From an uncultured delta proteobacterium (GTDB lineage: Bacteria > Desulfobacterota > Desulfobacteria > Desulfobacterales > Desulfatirhabdiaceae): 64,000 nucleotides of DNA. The stretch is taken from NCBI GenBank assembly GCA_963789395.1, contig CAWBKP010000012.1:32001-96000 (forward strand), read 5' to 3'. The position numbers were made by a program, and so were the translations under genes. Every line of letters begins with the position of its first letter. Positions within the stretch are counted from its first letter, which is position 1. Positions 20,531 to 31,326 of the stretch are shown here, one piece after another. The notes below the pieces were generated by a model. The model had not been told where the DNA came from, searched no databases, and worked only from the letters and a program-made list of their open reading frames with translations.

Positions 20531-22402
20531 TTACGAATACCCTGTGAAAATTTCGGGATTCGCGGCGGTCCAGGCCTTATCGAGCTCTTCCATGTCGATC
20601 TCCCGGTCTTTTTTCATCAACTCCTCCAGATTGGCATTGTGCTGCTGGTACATGGAAAAGTATTTGTCCTCATCCTGGCGATTCATCCGGTACAGCTCCG
20701 GCATGGCGTCCCTGTCCTTTTTTCGAAACAGCCGCCTGATTTTGTAGGCTTCGTACGGGTCGAACCCGAGCAGCTGCAGGGCGTCCTGGCCAAGCGTCAG
20801 GGCGGTCCCGAATGTTTCCCGGCGGATGGTGGAGATGCCCAGGTCCATGAACTCAAACGCTGCACGCCGATCCACCGCACTGACTGCGATCTTGAGTCGC
20901 GGATAATGCTTTTGCACCAGTTTGACCAGTTCCATCGATTTTTCATGATCGCCAAGGGTGATGATGATCAGCTCGGCGTGGGCAGCACCGGCCGATTCCA
21001 GTAGATCGAGGCGTGTGGCGTCACCGTAATAGACTTCAAAACCGAATCGGCGCAATATCTCCACGTTGGCTTCGTTGTGATCGAGAATGGTCGGCTTGAT
21101 GCCGACGGAGATGAGCAGCCGGCCGAGATCCGTGCCCAGTCGGCCAAACCCGGCCAGAATGACCGATCGCCCTTTGTGTTCGATGGTGTCCGCCGGACGC
21201 AGGATCCCGGAAGACTTCAGGCGAGGCGAGATCAGACGCTCGTGCATCAGAAAGAGCAGGGGAGCCAGAAACATGGATATGGCCACGACGCAGATAAGCG
21301 TCTCGGTCAGCGGCTGCGGCAGAACGCCATTCAGCCTGGCGAACTGGAAAAGGACAAAGGCGAATTCTCCGCCCTGAGCCAGGGCGAACGCAAAAAGCCA
21401 GCGCTCGTTTCCGGGCATTCTGAATGTTTTGGCGATGCCGAGCAGCACGATGGCTTTTGTCAGCATCAGCGCGGTCACCAACCCGACGATCAGCCAGAAC
21501 TGTGCGAGAACAAGAGTGAAATTGAGGCTGGCGCCGATGGAGATAAAGAATATGCCCAGCAGAAGTCCCTTGAACGGCTCGATATCGCTTTCCAGTTCGT
21601 GCCGGTACTCACTGTCGGCAAGCACGACCCCGGCAATGAAGGCGCCCAGTGCGGGCGACAGGCCCACGGCAGTCATCAGCAGGGAAATGCCGATGACCAG
21701 CGCCAGGGCCGCCGCAACAAAGATTTCCCGCACGCGTGCGGCGGCGATGGCGCGAAATAAGGGTCTGCTGGCATATCTTCCGAGTACATAGATAAAGGCA
21801 ATTGCCAGCACAACGACAATGAGGCGCTGGTAGGCAGGAAGCGCGGTGATGTCAAAAAGTCCGCTGCCGTGACCGGTACGGAGGGCCACTGCCGTTGTTG
21901 TCAACAGCGGCATGATTGCCAGCATGGGAATGACAGCCAGGTCCTGAAACAGGAGTACGGAGAATATCGACTGGCCCGGTGAGGTGCTGATCAGCCCCTT
22001 TTCGCGCAGGGTCTGCAGGACGATGGCCGTGGAAGACAGGGCCAGAATGAGCCCGATGGCAACGGCCTGCCGCCAGGGCAGGACAAGCGCGGTAGTCAGC
22101 CCTATCATCGCGGATGTCACCAGAACCTGGCTGCCGCCCATGCCCAGAATCGGCGTGTGCATCTGCCAGAGCAAGGATGGTTTGAGTTCCAGGCCGATCA
22201 GAAATAGCATCATCACGACCCCGAATTCGGTGAAATGCATCACCGCTTCGATATCGTCGATGAGAGACAGACCGAACGGTCCAATGACGATACCGGCGAT
22301 CAGATATCCGAGAACGGAGCCCAGCCTGCATTTGCGGGCAACCGGAACTGCGATTGCCGCGGCGGCAAGATAAATGAGCAGCTTCAGCAGAAACGCTTCC
22401 AT
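20531..22402 (-). CDS. KefB/KefC-type potassium efflux antiporter (CPA2 + RCK)
   Basis: [53 protein letters not shown]. Confidence 0.92.
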   Translation of the reverse strand: MEAFLLKLLIYLAAAAIAVPVARKCRLGSVLGYLIAGIVIGPFGLSLIDDIEAVMHFTEFGVVMMLFLIGLELKPSLLWQMHTPILGMGGSQVLVTSAMIGLTTALVLPWRQAVAIGLILALSSTAIVLQTLREKGLISTSPGQSIFSVLLFQDLAVIPMLAIMPLLTTTAVALRTGHGSGLFDITALPAYQRLIVVVLAIAFIYVLGRYASRPLFRAIAAARVREIFVAAALALVIGISLLMTAVGLSPALGAFIAGVVLADSEYRHELESDIEPFKGLLLGIFFISIGASLNFTLVLAQFWLIVGLVTALMLTKAIVLLGIAKTFRMPGNERWLFAFALAQGGEFAFVLFQFARLNGVLPQPLTETLICVVAISMFLAPLLFLMHERLISPRLKSSGILRPADTIEHKGRSVILAGFGRLGTDLGRLLISVGIKPTILDHNEANVEILRRFGFEVYYGDATRLDLLESAGAAHAELIIITLGDHEKSMELVKLVQKHYPRLKIAVSAVDRRAAFEFMDLGISTIRRETFGTALTLGQDALQLLGFDPYEAYKIRRLFRKKDRDAMPELYRMNRQDEDKYFSMYQQHNANLEELMKKDREIDMEELDKAWTAANPEIFTGYS

Positions 22403-22405
22403 GGT

Positions 22406-23017
22406 TTAAGCCTCGTTGATGATGGTTGTGTCAAGCGACTGGTTGAGCAACTCGCCACTTCGGACCTGATCCAGGTTTAATCGATTGTCCCGCAGAGCGA
22501 TGAGCGTTCGGCGGTAATCCTCGGCGTGTCGAACCCGCTCTGTTTTCGGAACCCCCCGGTAAATGCCAAGTACCGCAAAAGGCGGCAGCCAGTCCATTCC
22601 GCACTGGTTGGCGGTTGCCCGGTAAGGCGTGGTCAATTCTCTGATGGTGAACTGATTCGATCCGTTTGCGCGATAATTGACGGAATCGCCTCCGGCGGTC
22701 AATGCCTGAAAGGTGATTTTGCCTGCCAGGGCACGCCGGGTAGCACCGTACGCCCAGCCGTATTCAAGAACCAGGTCAAGCCATTCCTTGATGATGGACG
22801 GGGTTGAATACCAGTAGAAAGGGTGCTGGAAGACAATGACGTCATGGCTTTCACAAAGCTGCTGTTCTTGGGAAACATCGATGAGAAAGTCGGGATAGCT
22901 GGCGTAGAGGTCGTGAAAGGTAATCCCCTCCAGTGTTTCCACGGCCTCGCGCAGGGCGGCATTGATGGCTGAGCGTTTGAAAGCCGGATGGCCGAAGAGG
23001 ATCAAAATCTTTTTCAT
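22406..23017 (-). CDS. KefF/KefG-type NAD(P)H oxidoreductase
   Basis: FGHP...[25 protein letters not shown]; directly upstream of the Kef gene. Confidence 0.9.
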   Translation of the reverse strand: MKKILILFGHPAFKRSAINAALREAVETLEGITFHDLYASYPDFLIDVSQEQQLCESHDVIVFQHPFYWYSTPSIIKEWLDLVLEYGWAYGATRRALAGKITFQALTAGGDSVNYRANGSNQFTIRELTTPYRATANQCGMDWLPPFAVLGIYRGVPKTERVRHAEDYRRTLIALRDNRLNLDQVRSGELLNQSLDTTIINEA

Positions 23018-23451
23018 ATCTGCCTCCGTTTCTGATGCTGCGGCGCATAGATTGCCTTATTCCATCTATCCGCCGGTTCAGGCATTTGGAAAATCCGGAT
23101 GAATAGTGACATGACGGATCATTCCCGGGAATTCCAGGCAAAACTCTGGTGCACCTTATCAACAATTAATAAAAAAATACACAGGGAGTTCATAGCTGTG
23201 AACAGGCACGCAGATCATAATTTAATTTGAAACTATATGTCTGAAGGCGTAATAATGGAAGAAGCCATGGTTCACTTGAAATCGCCGGGGTCAGCTGTTT
23301 ATCTGCGGATCGGATTGGATTCGCAGAAAGCCCGCTTTGCGTTCGGTCTGAAAGGGGGGTGCAGCGGATGCCTGGCTCGGAAGAGGTGGTCATGGCAGTT
23401 CGGGATGCAATGAACCAATGGACAACTCAAAAAACCAGGTAATAAAATAAA

Positions 23452-23658
23452 ATGAACAACGCATCGACCTTAATCTGGGGAGTGATTTTCGGCTCAATCG
23501 GTTTAGGTTTTTTTGTTTATGGCAAAAAACAAAAAGCGGTTATCCCGCTTGTTAGCGGCATCGGATTAATGCTATTTCCGTATTTCATATCAAATATATA
23601 CGTCCTTGTTCTTTCAGGTAGTGTTTTGATCGTATTGCCTTTTGTTATTAAATTTTAG
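23452..23658 (+). CDS. Small conserved membrane protein
   Basis: IFGSIGLGFFVYGKKQ...LMLFPYFI; hydrophobic. Confidence 0.75.
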   Translation: MNNASTLIWGVIFGSIGLGFFVYGKKQKAVIPLVSGIGLMLFPYFISNIYVLVLSGSVLIVLPFVIKF

Positions 23659-23701
23659 ACGGATAGTTGCCGTCGTCTCGCTGATCAAGGAGGATAATAA
23701 A

Positions 23702-23932
23702 ATGAAAAAATGGATGAAATATTGTACCGTTCCAGCGTTATTCTTTGCAACGCCCGCATATGCATCTGCCATGACGCAATTTGAACCTTTTGTTCCAATG
23801 CTGATGTCCTTCCTGTTTCTACTTGTATTGTTTCTGGTTTTCCGGGAAGTCGTGTGCTGGTATTGGAAAATTAATGTCAGAATAGAGCTGCTTACTGAAA
23901 TAAGAGATTTGCTGAAAAATCAGGCGAAATAA
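23702..23932 (+). CDS. Small membrane protein, hypothetical
   Basis: RBS AAGGAGG; signal-like start; REVVCWYWKIN...LLTEIRDLL. Confidence 0.65.
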   Translation: MKKWMKYCTVPALFFATPAYASAMTQFEPFVPMLMSFLFLLVLFLVFREVVCWYWKINVRIELLTEIRDLLKNQAK

Positions 23933-23982
23933 CGCAATGCATGGAAAATACGATCCGCTCTCTTTTCAAAGATATCATACTG

Positions 23983-24058
23983 AATTCCGGGGACCCCCAC
24001 GTAATTTCTTGCTGACTTCGAATTTGTTCAAGAAATTTAGTATGCTGTCACCAGATAT
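23983..24058. repeat. REP-like imperfect palindrome, family A (AATTCCGGGGAC...)
   Basis: AATTTCTTG/CAAGAAATT inner arms; related copies near 24545, 35862, 36630, 59367. Confidence 0.6.
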
Positions 24059-24092
24059 CATGCCCCTCTGATAAATTGACAAGGAAACAGAC

Positions 24093-24545
24093 GTGAAAAT
24101 AAGGCCTTTTCAATTGCAGGATCAACAAAGCGTTGTGAAGCTCTGGAACAAATGCGGGCTTGTCGTATCACACAATAATCCCATCCGGGACATTGATCGC
24201 AAGTTGATGGTTAACCCGGAATGGTTTTTGATCGGTGAACTTGACGGCGATGTGATAGCAACATGCATGGCCGGGTTCGAAGGTCATCGGGGTTGGATCA
24301 ACTACCTGGCGGTCAGACCTGATTTACAGGGCCATGGATTTGGCAAAATGATCATGGAGCGCGCAGAGACGATGCTTAAAGCTGCAGGATGTCCGAAGAT
24401 CAATCTGCAGATTCGGTCTACCAACCAGAAAGTCATCGGTTTCTACCAAAGTTTAGGGTACAGGCAGGATCCTGTGGTATGTATGGGCAAGCGACTGATA
24501 CCCGATAATTCGAGTGCTGACGAAGGAAGTGGTTATATTCCGTAA
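24093..24545 (+). CDS. GNAT acetyltransferase, YpeA-like
   Basis: MAGFEGHRGWINYLAV, GCPKINLQIR, FYQSLGY. Confidence 0.9.
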   Translation: MKIRPFQLQDQQSVVKLWNKCGLVVSHNNPIRDIDRKLMVNPEWFLIGELDGDVIATCMAGFEGHRGWINYLAVRPDLQGHGFGKMIMERAETMLKAAGCPKINLQIRSTNQKVIGFYQSLGYRQDPVVCMGKRLIPDNSSADEGSGYIP

Positions 24546-24707
24546 ATTCCGGATAAACCGCACTTAATTCCTGCCTGACTTTGTCTTTGTTCAGGAATTA
24601 ACCAAGATAAACGCATAAAAACGCAATATTTGGACGGCTTTGTGAAAAGTTCGCAGGCAAGGCGCGTAAATTCAGAAAAACGGCAGTTTTATTAGGGAGA
24701 ATTAAAC

Positions 24708-26726
24708 GTGTATATCAAAAAACTAAAAAATATCACCGATTCAGGCTGCGACAGTGCAATCACCCGACGGGAATTTTTGTATTATTCGGCCGGGACAATC
24801 GGTGCCATAACGATGAGTTCAATAGCATTCGGGGGCGTCGGCGCAGGTAAAGGCGACACCGGGATACAGCATTATCCGATTCGCCCTGAAGTCACCACGA
24901 CGCTTCAGGAGATGATTGCGTTTCCCAAGACCCTGCCAGGTCTGACTAAACCACAGATTTCCCAGGTCGAACAATATGCCAAGTTTGGCTATGGCAACTG
25001 GACGGTCGGCTCACCGCTTCCGTTGATGCCGAGAACGGATCTCATGCCAAAGAGCTATAGCATGCCGTCGCCTGACCGAAAAACCAAGCTCATCACCTTC
25101 TTTACTTTTTCCGATATTCACATCACGGACAAGGAAGCGCCGAATCAACTGATCTATTTTCAACAGGCCGAGCGATTCGCCTACAACAATACGTCAATCT
25201 ATTCGCCGGTGATGATGGGCACCACGCATGTATTGGATGCAGCGGTTCAAACGGTTAACGCACTTCACAAGCAGAACCCGTTCGATTTCGGCATCTCGCT
25301 CGGCGACACCTGCAACAGCACATCGTACAACGAACTCCGGTGGTATATCGACGTCATCGACGGCAAAGTCATTGTACCCAGCTCCGGCGCCCATCTCGGC
25401 GCTGATAGCGTTGGCTACCAAAAACCGTACCAGGCCGCCGGACTGGACAAGTCCATCCCCTGGTATCAGGCGATGGGCAACCACGATCATTTTTATATTG
25501 GGTCGTTTCCCGTGGATGCGAATCCGGCGCTGGGCATTCGACAATCGTACCTTTCCGATTCTGTCTGGTCCATTGCCAACATTCTTGTCCCGGATCTGAG
25601 TACATTTCCCGTTTTGTTCAACAATGAGGGGATGACTGCCAAGCCGCAGTTTTACACGGGCGTTATCGATGGTTCGACCCCGTACGGAAAAATCACTTAC
25701 GCGGGGCCGGCCGACGATCCGTCATTTGCTGCCGGCTCACCGAAGGTCGCCGCCGATCCGGATCGTCGTTCGCTTGTGAGGACGGAGTGGATACAAGAAT
25801 TTTTCAAGACAACGACCAAGCCGCTCGGCCACGGCTTCAATCTGGTCGACACAAGCAGTCCGCCAGGTTTTACTTGTTACAGCTTCGTTCCCAATCCAAA
25901 TATACCGCTCAAGGTGATCGTGCTGGACGATACACAAAGGGAAGACGACGGATCGAAAGACATCCATGGCCATGGGTATCTGGATACTCAGCGTTGGGCG
26001 TGGCTGCAAGCCGAACTGGCCAAGGGTCAGGCCGATGACCAGTTGATGATTGTCGCAGCCCATATCCCCATTGGTGTTGCGCCCATCGGCTCGGAAATGG
26101 AATGGTGGGGCGAGACGACAAACATCACGCCCCGGCACCAGAACGCCGTGAACCTCGCTGACTTGGTAAAGAGGCTGCAGAACACGCCGAATCTGCTCAT
26201 GTGGATTGCCGGACATCGTCACGTGAATACCGTGAAGGCCTTTCCCTCTGCCGATCCAGCCAAGCCGGAGCAGGGCTTCTGGCAGGTGGAAACCTCATCG
26301 TTGAGGGATTTTCCCCAGCAGTTCCGGACTTTCGATATCTATCTGAACAGCGACTACACCGTATCAATTGTCACGGTTAACGTGGATCCGGCAGTCGCTG
26401 AGGGAACGCCTGCAGCCACATCGCGCAAACACGCCATAGCGGTGCAGCAGATCATCCAGAACGACTTGAATCCGAATTGCCCGAACAACTTGACGGCCGG
26501 CGGCACCGGCAAGCTCCCCGTGCCGAGCATGGATCCAACCCGGCCACAGAGCGATGCACCCGACACCAACGATCCGACGATCACGTATGTGGATTTAAGC
26601 AACGCCGCAGCTCCCGTACCCTGCCACGGTTCCTACAACGCAGAACTCTTCAAGAAGTTAAGTCCGCAAATGATCCGTGTGTTGAAAAAAACGATAGGGG
26701 ACAGAAGTGGCTCGGAAAGGGCATGA
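24708..26726 (+). CDS. Tat-exported metallophosphoesterase (TIGR03768-like)
   Basis: TRREFL Tat motif; SDIH, LGD, GNHD, AHIP, AGHRH metal motifs. Confidence 0.85.
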   Translation: MYIKKLKNITDSGCDSAITRREFLYYSAGTIGAITMSSIAFGGVGAGKGDTGIQHYPIRPEVTTTLQEMIAFPKTLPGLTKPQISQVEQYAKFGYGNWTVGSPLPLMPRTDLMPKSYSMPSPDRKTKLITFFTFSDIHITDKEAPNQLIYFQQAERFAYNNTSIYSPVMMGTTHVLDAAVQTVNALHKQNPFDFGISLGDTCNSTSYNELRWYIDVIDGKVIVPSSGAHLGADSVGYQKPYQAAGLDKSIPWYQAMGNHDHFYIGSFPVDANPALGIRQSYLSDSVWSIANILVPDLSTFPVLFNNEGMTAKPQFYTGVIDGSTPYGKITYAGPADDPSFAAGSPKVAADPDRRSLVRTEWIQEFFKTTTKPLGHGFNLVDTSSPPGFTCYSFVPNPNIPLKVIVLDDTQREDDGSKDIHGHGYLDTQRWAWLQAELAKGQADDQLMIVAAHIPIGVAPIGSEMEWWGETTNITPRHQNAVNLADLVKRLQNTPNLLMWIAGHRHVNTVKAFPSADPAKPEQGFWQVETSSLRDFPQQFRTFDIYLNSDYTVSIVTVNVDPAVAEGTPAATSRKHAIAVQQIIQNDLNPNCPNNLTAGGTGKLPVPSMDPTRPQSDAPDTNDPTITYVDLSNAAAPVPCHGSYNAELFKKLSPQMIRVLKKTIGDRSGSERA

Positions 26727-26878
26727 TGGTTCGGGGTCTGTCCGCAAAATGTAATATCCCATCGGTGTCGTTAATATTTCCGAAAATGCTGAAGACATGA
26801 CGAATACTCCGGGATTTTCTGCTACTCCGCATTTAATTATTGACAACATCCCGAACATTGATGTTTATACACCTTGTC

Positions 26879-26945
26879 GCGGACAGTAAAGACCGTTGCT
26901 ACAAACAAGAGAGAACGGGACGATCTTTAGAGTCCGCTCTTTTTT
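26879..26945 (+). promoter_or_regulatory. Long hairpin + T-tract upstream of the TRAP operon (attenuator-like or terminator)
   Basis: GCGGACAGTAAAGACCGTT / GACGATCTTTAGAGTCCGC then TCTTTTTT, downstream of TTGACA at 26840. Confidence 0.5.
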
Positions 26946-27043
26946 GGGGTTCAGTCATAGACCCATTTGGGTCATCAAACCCTGCATATTCGCCGAATTT
27001 TTTTCGAATGTATTAATCTTATTGTTTTCCGAAAGGATCGACC

Positions 27044-28135
27044 ATGAAAATGATTAAAAATGTCAGCTTGTTGCTTGTGTGCTTATCTCTGCTGTTACCG
27101 TTCAACACGGCCCTGGCCAAAACCGTCATCAAAATCGCCAATGCCGGTCCGGACAATCCGGAAAACCGAACGGTTAAAGCCCTGGCAGTCTTCAAGAATC
27201 GCGTGGAGAAAGGCACCGGGGGCGAGGTGGAAGTCCAGGCGTTTCATGCCAGCAAATTGGGCGATGAACGCGAAGCCCTGGAGGGTATCCGCATGGGCAC
27301 GATTCAGATGGGCACCCTTTCTGCCGGTCCGGTTCCGGGGTTTTACCCCGAGGTGATGATCTATGATATTCCCTATCTGTTCAGCAGCGCCCCGGCCGCC
27401 TGGGAATTTTTCAAAAGCGACTCGGCCAAGGAGTTCTCTGACGGGTTTTTGAAAAAGACAGGCGTACGCATCCTGGCCACCACTGAAAACGGCTACCGCC
27501 ATTTCACGGATAATGCAAGGCCTATCAAAAGCCCGGAGGACATAAAGGGCTTGAAGATCCGCACCATGCAAAATCCCGCCCACATTGCCATGGTCAAGGC
27601 CCTTGGCGGGGATCCGACGCCCATCGCCTTCAGTGAGTTATACATGGCCCTGCAGCAGAAGGTGGTGGATGGCATGGAGTGCCCCATCGTGCTGATCAAC
27701 GATATGAAGTTTTACGAAGTCCAGAAATATCTGGTTCTGGACGGGCATCTCTATAATCCGTTGTTCATCTTCATCAACGACAAATTCTTCAATGAAAAAT
27801 TGACCCCCGAACAGAGGAAGGTCGTTCAGGATGCCGCCATAGAACTGGCCGTGATTCATGACGGGTTCAGCCAGGAAGCCAACATCAAAGGTATTGCCGA
27901 ACTCACGGCCAAAGGCATGGAAATCTATCAGCCCACGGCCCAGGAAATGAATGCATTCCGCAGTGTGGCCCAGCCCGCCGGCCTGGAATTCATCACCGAA
28001 AAAATCGGCAAGGAATGGGTGGATAAGGCTCTCAAGGGCGCCGCGGCAGCCGAAGCCAAGGTCGCCGGCAAAAGCGATGAAATCATTCAGAAGCTGATCA
28101 AGGATGCCAATGAGAAGTATGCGGCCATCAAGTAG
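27044..28135 (+). CDS. dctP: TRAP transporter substrate-binding protein
   Basis: Signal peptide; ENGYRHF, IKSPEDIKGLKIR, FSELYMALQQKVVDG. Confidence 0.93.
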   Translation: MKMIKNVSLLLVCLSLLLPFNTALAKTVIKIANAGPDNPENRTVKALAVFKNRVEKGTGGEVEVQAFHASKLGDEREALEGIRMGTIQMGTLSAGPVPGFYPEVMIYDIPYLFSSAPAAWEFFKSDSAKEFSDGFLKKTGVRILATTENGYRHFTDNARPIKSPEDIKGLKIRTMQNPAHIAMVKALGGDPTPIAFSELYMALQQKVVDGMECPIVLINDMKFYEVQKYLVLDGHLYNPLFIFINDKFFNEKLTPEQRKVVQDAAIELAVIHDGFSQEANIKGIAELTAKGMEIYQPTAQEMNAFRSVAQPAGLEFITEKIGKEWVDKALKGAAAAEAKVAGKSDEIIQKLIKDANEKYAAIK

Positions 28136-28179
28136 GCTGGACGCGAATTAACCCACAGATTGTCTATTCTGTATCATCA

Positions 28180-28215
28180 GCGGCGAAGCACCTGATAGGT
28201 TCTTCGCCGCATTTA
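28180..28215 (+). terminator. Intercistronic hairpin after dctP
   Basis: GCGGCGAAG...CTTCGCCGC stem. Confidence 0.55.
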
Positions 28216-28232
28216 TTGTGGTGTGTTGTAAA

Positions 28233-28799
28233 ATGAAAACACTTTCCTATTGGGTGAACATGCTGGCCAACGGGCAAATCAAACTGTGTTCAGGGTTGTT
28301 GTTTGTCCTGGGCCTGCTGATGACCGTGGTGATTCTCCTGCAGGTCTTTTTCCGTTTCGTGGTTCAGGTTCCCTTCCCTTGGAGCGAGGAATGTGCACGA
28401 TATCTGATGATCTGGATGGCCATGTTCGGCAGCGTGGCGGCGCTGCGTATGGGCCGCCATCTTGGGGTACGGGTGCTGGTGGACAGGTTGCCGGAACGCA
28501 CCTATGATCTCATCGTGCCATTCCTTCAGCTGGCTATGATTTTTTTTCTGGGGGTTATCGGTACGCAAGGGTTTGATCTGGCCCTTGCCAATTTAGATCA
28601 GACGTCCGCAGCCATGGAAATTCCCATGCTGATCCCGTATCTGGCCATTCCCGTGGGATCATGGATGATGATACTGGATGTCGTAGCGGATCTGTTTCAG
28701 GACTTTTTTCCGACCAGCGCCGGATCTAACGCCAAAATCGCCACCACCACGCTGGAACAATTGCCGCCCGTGAACACCGGCGGAAGCGGAGACGCATAA
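28233..28799 (+). CDS. dctQ: TRAP small permease
   Basis: QVFFRF...WSEECARYLMIW; H.GV; 4 TM. Confidence 0.9.
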   Translation: MKTLSYWVNMLANGQIKLCSGLLFVLGLLMTVVILLQVFFRFVVQVPFPWSEECARYLMIWMAMFGSVAALRMGRHLGVRVLVDRLPERTYDLIVPFLQLAMIFFLGVIGTQGFDLALANLDQTSAAMEIPMLIPYLAIPVGSWMMILDVVADLFQDFFPTSAGSNAKIATTTLEQLPPVNTGGSGDA

Positions 28800-28800
28800 C

Positions 28801-30081
28801 GTGATCTTGATTATTTCCGCCACCTTTCTGTTGACCCTTGCCCTGGGATTTCCGGTAGCCATCTGCCTGGGGATCACCTCCATGGTGGCCCTGTGGCTTG
28901 GAGATGTACCAATGCTCCTCATGGCCCAACGCATGTTCACGGGCATGGATTCCTTTCCCCTGATGGCGGTGCCGTTTTTTGTGCTGGCCGGCGAGTTGAT
29001 GAATCGCGGTGGAACCACCCGCCGGATCATCGATTTTGCCAATATACTGGTGGGGCGGATCCCCGGTGGACTGGCCCATACCAATATCGTGGCGTCGATG
29101 TTCTTCGGCGGGATCAGTGGTTCTGCCGTGGCCGATGCCGCGGCCATCGGGACGATTCTGATTCCGGGAATGACCCGCAAGGGATTTCCTCTGGGATTCA
29201 GCGCCGCAGTCACGGCGGCTGCATCCACCATGGGGCCGATCATTCCGCCTTCCATCCTGATGCTCATCATGGGTGTCACCACCGGGATATCCATTGGCGG
29301 CCTGTTTGCCGCCGGAATCATTCCCGGTGTCCTGATGGCGCTCTCCATGATGGCCTACAGCTATTTCGTCGCCGTACGCCGCAACTTTCCCCGGGAGGAA
29401 CTGACCTTCAGCCTCGGGCTGCTGTGGAAGGAATTTTGTGCCGCCGGACCGGCACTGCTTGCGCCGGTCATTATTCTCGGCGGGATCCTCGGGGGGGTTT
29501 TCACGCCCACAGAGGCGGCGGCGGCGGCCGTGCTGTACGCCTTTATTCTCGGCAAGTTCGTCTATCGCGAACTGCAACTAAAAGAGGTCCCCCAAATTTT
29601 TATCCAAAGCGGCATCACCACGGCGGTCCTGCTGCTGATCATCGCCATGGCCAATATATTCTCCTGGGTTCTCACGTCCGAACAAATTCCCACCCGGATC
29701 GCGGATCTCATGCTGAAGATCACCCACAATCCTTATATCATCCTGATTCTAATCAATATATTTCTGCTCTTTGTGGGGATGTTCATGGAGGGGGGCGCTG
29801 CCATCATCATTCTGGCTCCCACCCTGCTGGCCGTTGCCAAGACCGTGGGGATCGATCCCATGCATTTCGGGTTTTTGATGGTATTCAACCTGGTGGTCGG
29901 TCTGCTGACGCCGCCTTTGGGTGTCTGTCTGTTCGTGGTCTGCGGCATAACGAATCTGTCGCTGCCGAGAATGTCCCGGGCAACATTTCCGTTCATGGTT
30001 CTTGAAATCGGCTTGCTGTTGCTGGTGACCTACTGCCCTGCCATCGTATTGGTGATCCCTCGATTATTGGGCTATATGTAG
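28801..30081 (+). CDS. dctM: TRAP large permease
   Basis: FPLMAVPFF, GISGSAVADAAAIG, IIPPS, FTPTEA, LLTPPLG. Confidence 0.93.
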   Translation: MILIISATFLLTLALGFPVAICLGITSMVALWLGDVPMLLMAQRMFTGMDSFPLMAVPFFVLAGELMNRGGTTRRIIDFANILVGRIPGGLAHTNIVASMFFGGISGSAVADAAAIGTILIPGMTRKGFPLGFSAAVTAAASTMGPIIPPSILMLIMGVTTGISIGGLFAAGIIPGVLMALSMMAYSYFVAVRRNFPREELTFSLGLLWKEFCAAGPALLAPVIILGGILGGVFTPTEAAAAAVLYAFILGKFVYRELQLKEVPQIFIQSGITTAVLLLIIAMANIFSWVLTSEQIPTRIADLMLKITHNPYIILILINIFLLFVGMFMEGGAAIIILAPTLLAVAKTVGIDPMHFGFLMVFNLVVGLLTPPLGVCLFVVCGITNLSLPRMSRATFPFMVLEIGLLLLVTYCPAIVLVIPRLLGYM

Positions 30082-30143
30082 TGCCGGTCGAGCCGGCGGA
30101 CGGACCCGGCAACAAACCTGGTATGACTCAAAAGGAACAATGT

Positions 30144-31326
30144 ATGAACGAAAAGATCGTCCGGCGCGTCCGGAATCTGAGTTACAGCGTCATCCGTGAC
30201 ATGACACAACGGGCGGCTCGATACGATGATGCCATTCTCTTGAGTATCGGCGAACCGGATTTCGACACGCCGGAGAACATCTGCCGTCAGGCCATGGCGG
30301 ATGTTCTCCACGGCTGCACCCACTATACCCATGCCCAGGGAATTATCGAACTGCGCCAGGCTCTGGCTGCAAGAATTCTCAACCAGAGCGGCCGGCAGGT
30401 GGACACCGACCAGATCATCGTGACCCATGGCGGAGTGGGCGGCATCATGGGGGCGCTGCGCACCCTGGTGGAGGAAGGGGACGAAGTACTGGTTCCGGAG
30501 CCTCACTATCCGGATTATCGCGCCCATATCGCCTTTGCCGGCGGAACCATCCAACCGGTGGTAACCTGCTTTGAAGAAGGCTTCATTCCCCTTGCCCGGC
30601 ATGTCGAAGCAGCCGTCACCCCCAGGAGCCGCGTGCTGCTGCTCAACTCGCCCAACAATCCCACCGGAGCCGTGATTCCGGGTCCTGTCCTGGACGATCT
30701 GGCGCAGGTGGTCCGGCAACATGATCTGCTGGTGATCTCCGATGAGGTGTACGACGAGATGATTTTTCAGGGTGAATTCCAGTCCATTGCCACCCGCCCG
30801 GGCATGGACGGGCGCACCGTGGTGGTCAAGTCTTTTTCCAAAACATTTGCCATGACCGGCTGGCGCATCGGGTACAGCTATGGCCCTGCCTGGATCATGG
30901 AACAGATGCTCAAGGTGGTGAACTACTCCACCCTCTGCGCCAATACCATGGGCCAGCGTGCCGCCCTGGCGGCATTGAGCGCCGATCCCAGCCCCTTTTT
31001 GGCCATGCGCGATGAATTCGCCCGCCGTTCGTCTCTGGTCTGCGAACGATTGAACCGGATGCCGGGAATCAGGGCACTGCCGCCTTCGGGAACATTTTAT
31101 ATTTTCGTGGATATCAGACAGATCACCAACGATTCCAAGGCGTTTCGCTCTGGAGTTGTTGGAGCGGGAACATGTGGTGGTGGTGCCTGGATTTGCCTTC
31201 GGCACTTCCGGAGAGGGATGCATTCGACTGGCCTGCACGGTGGGCTGCGATCGTTTGAGTGAGGCCATGGACCGGCTGGAACGTTTCATGAATCAGTACG
31301 CCGGGAGTCGGCATGGCCAGGGTTGA
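30144..31326 (+). CDS. PLP-dependent aminotransferase class I/II, apparent frameshift near 31145
   Basis: IGEPDF, NSPNNPTG, SDEVY, SFSKTFAMTGWRIG; C-terminus VVVPGFAFG..GEGCIRL in a shifted frame. Confidence 0.85.

Noticed and set aside
28893..30005. 370-aa alternative-frame ORF, and similar long antisense ORFs such as 30072..31289 and 51478..52458
   Set aside because: Shadow frames of GC-rich real genes with no recognisable motifs.
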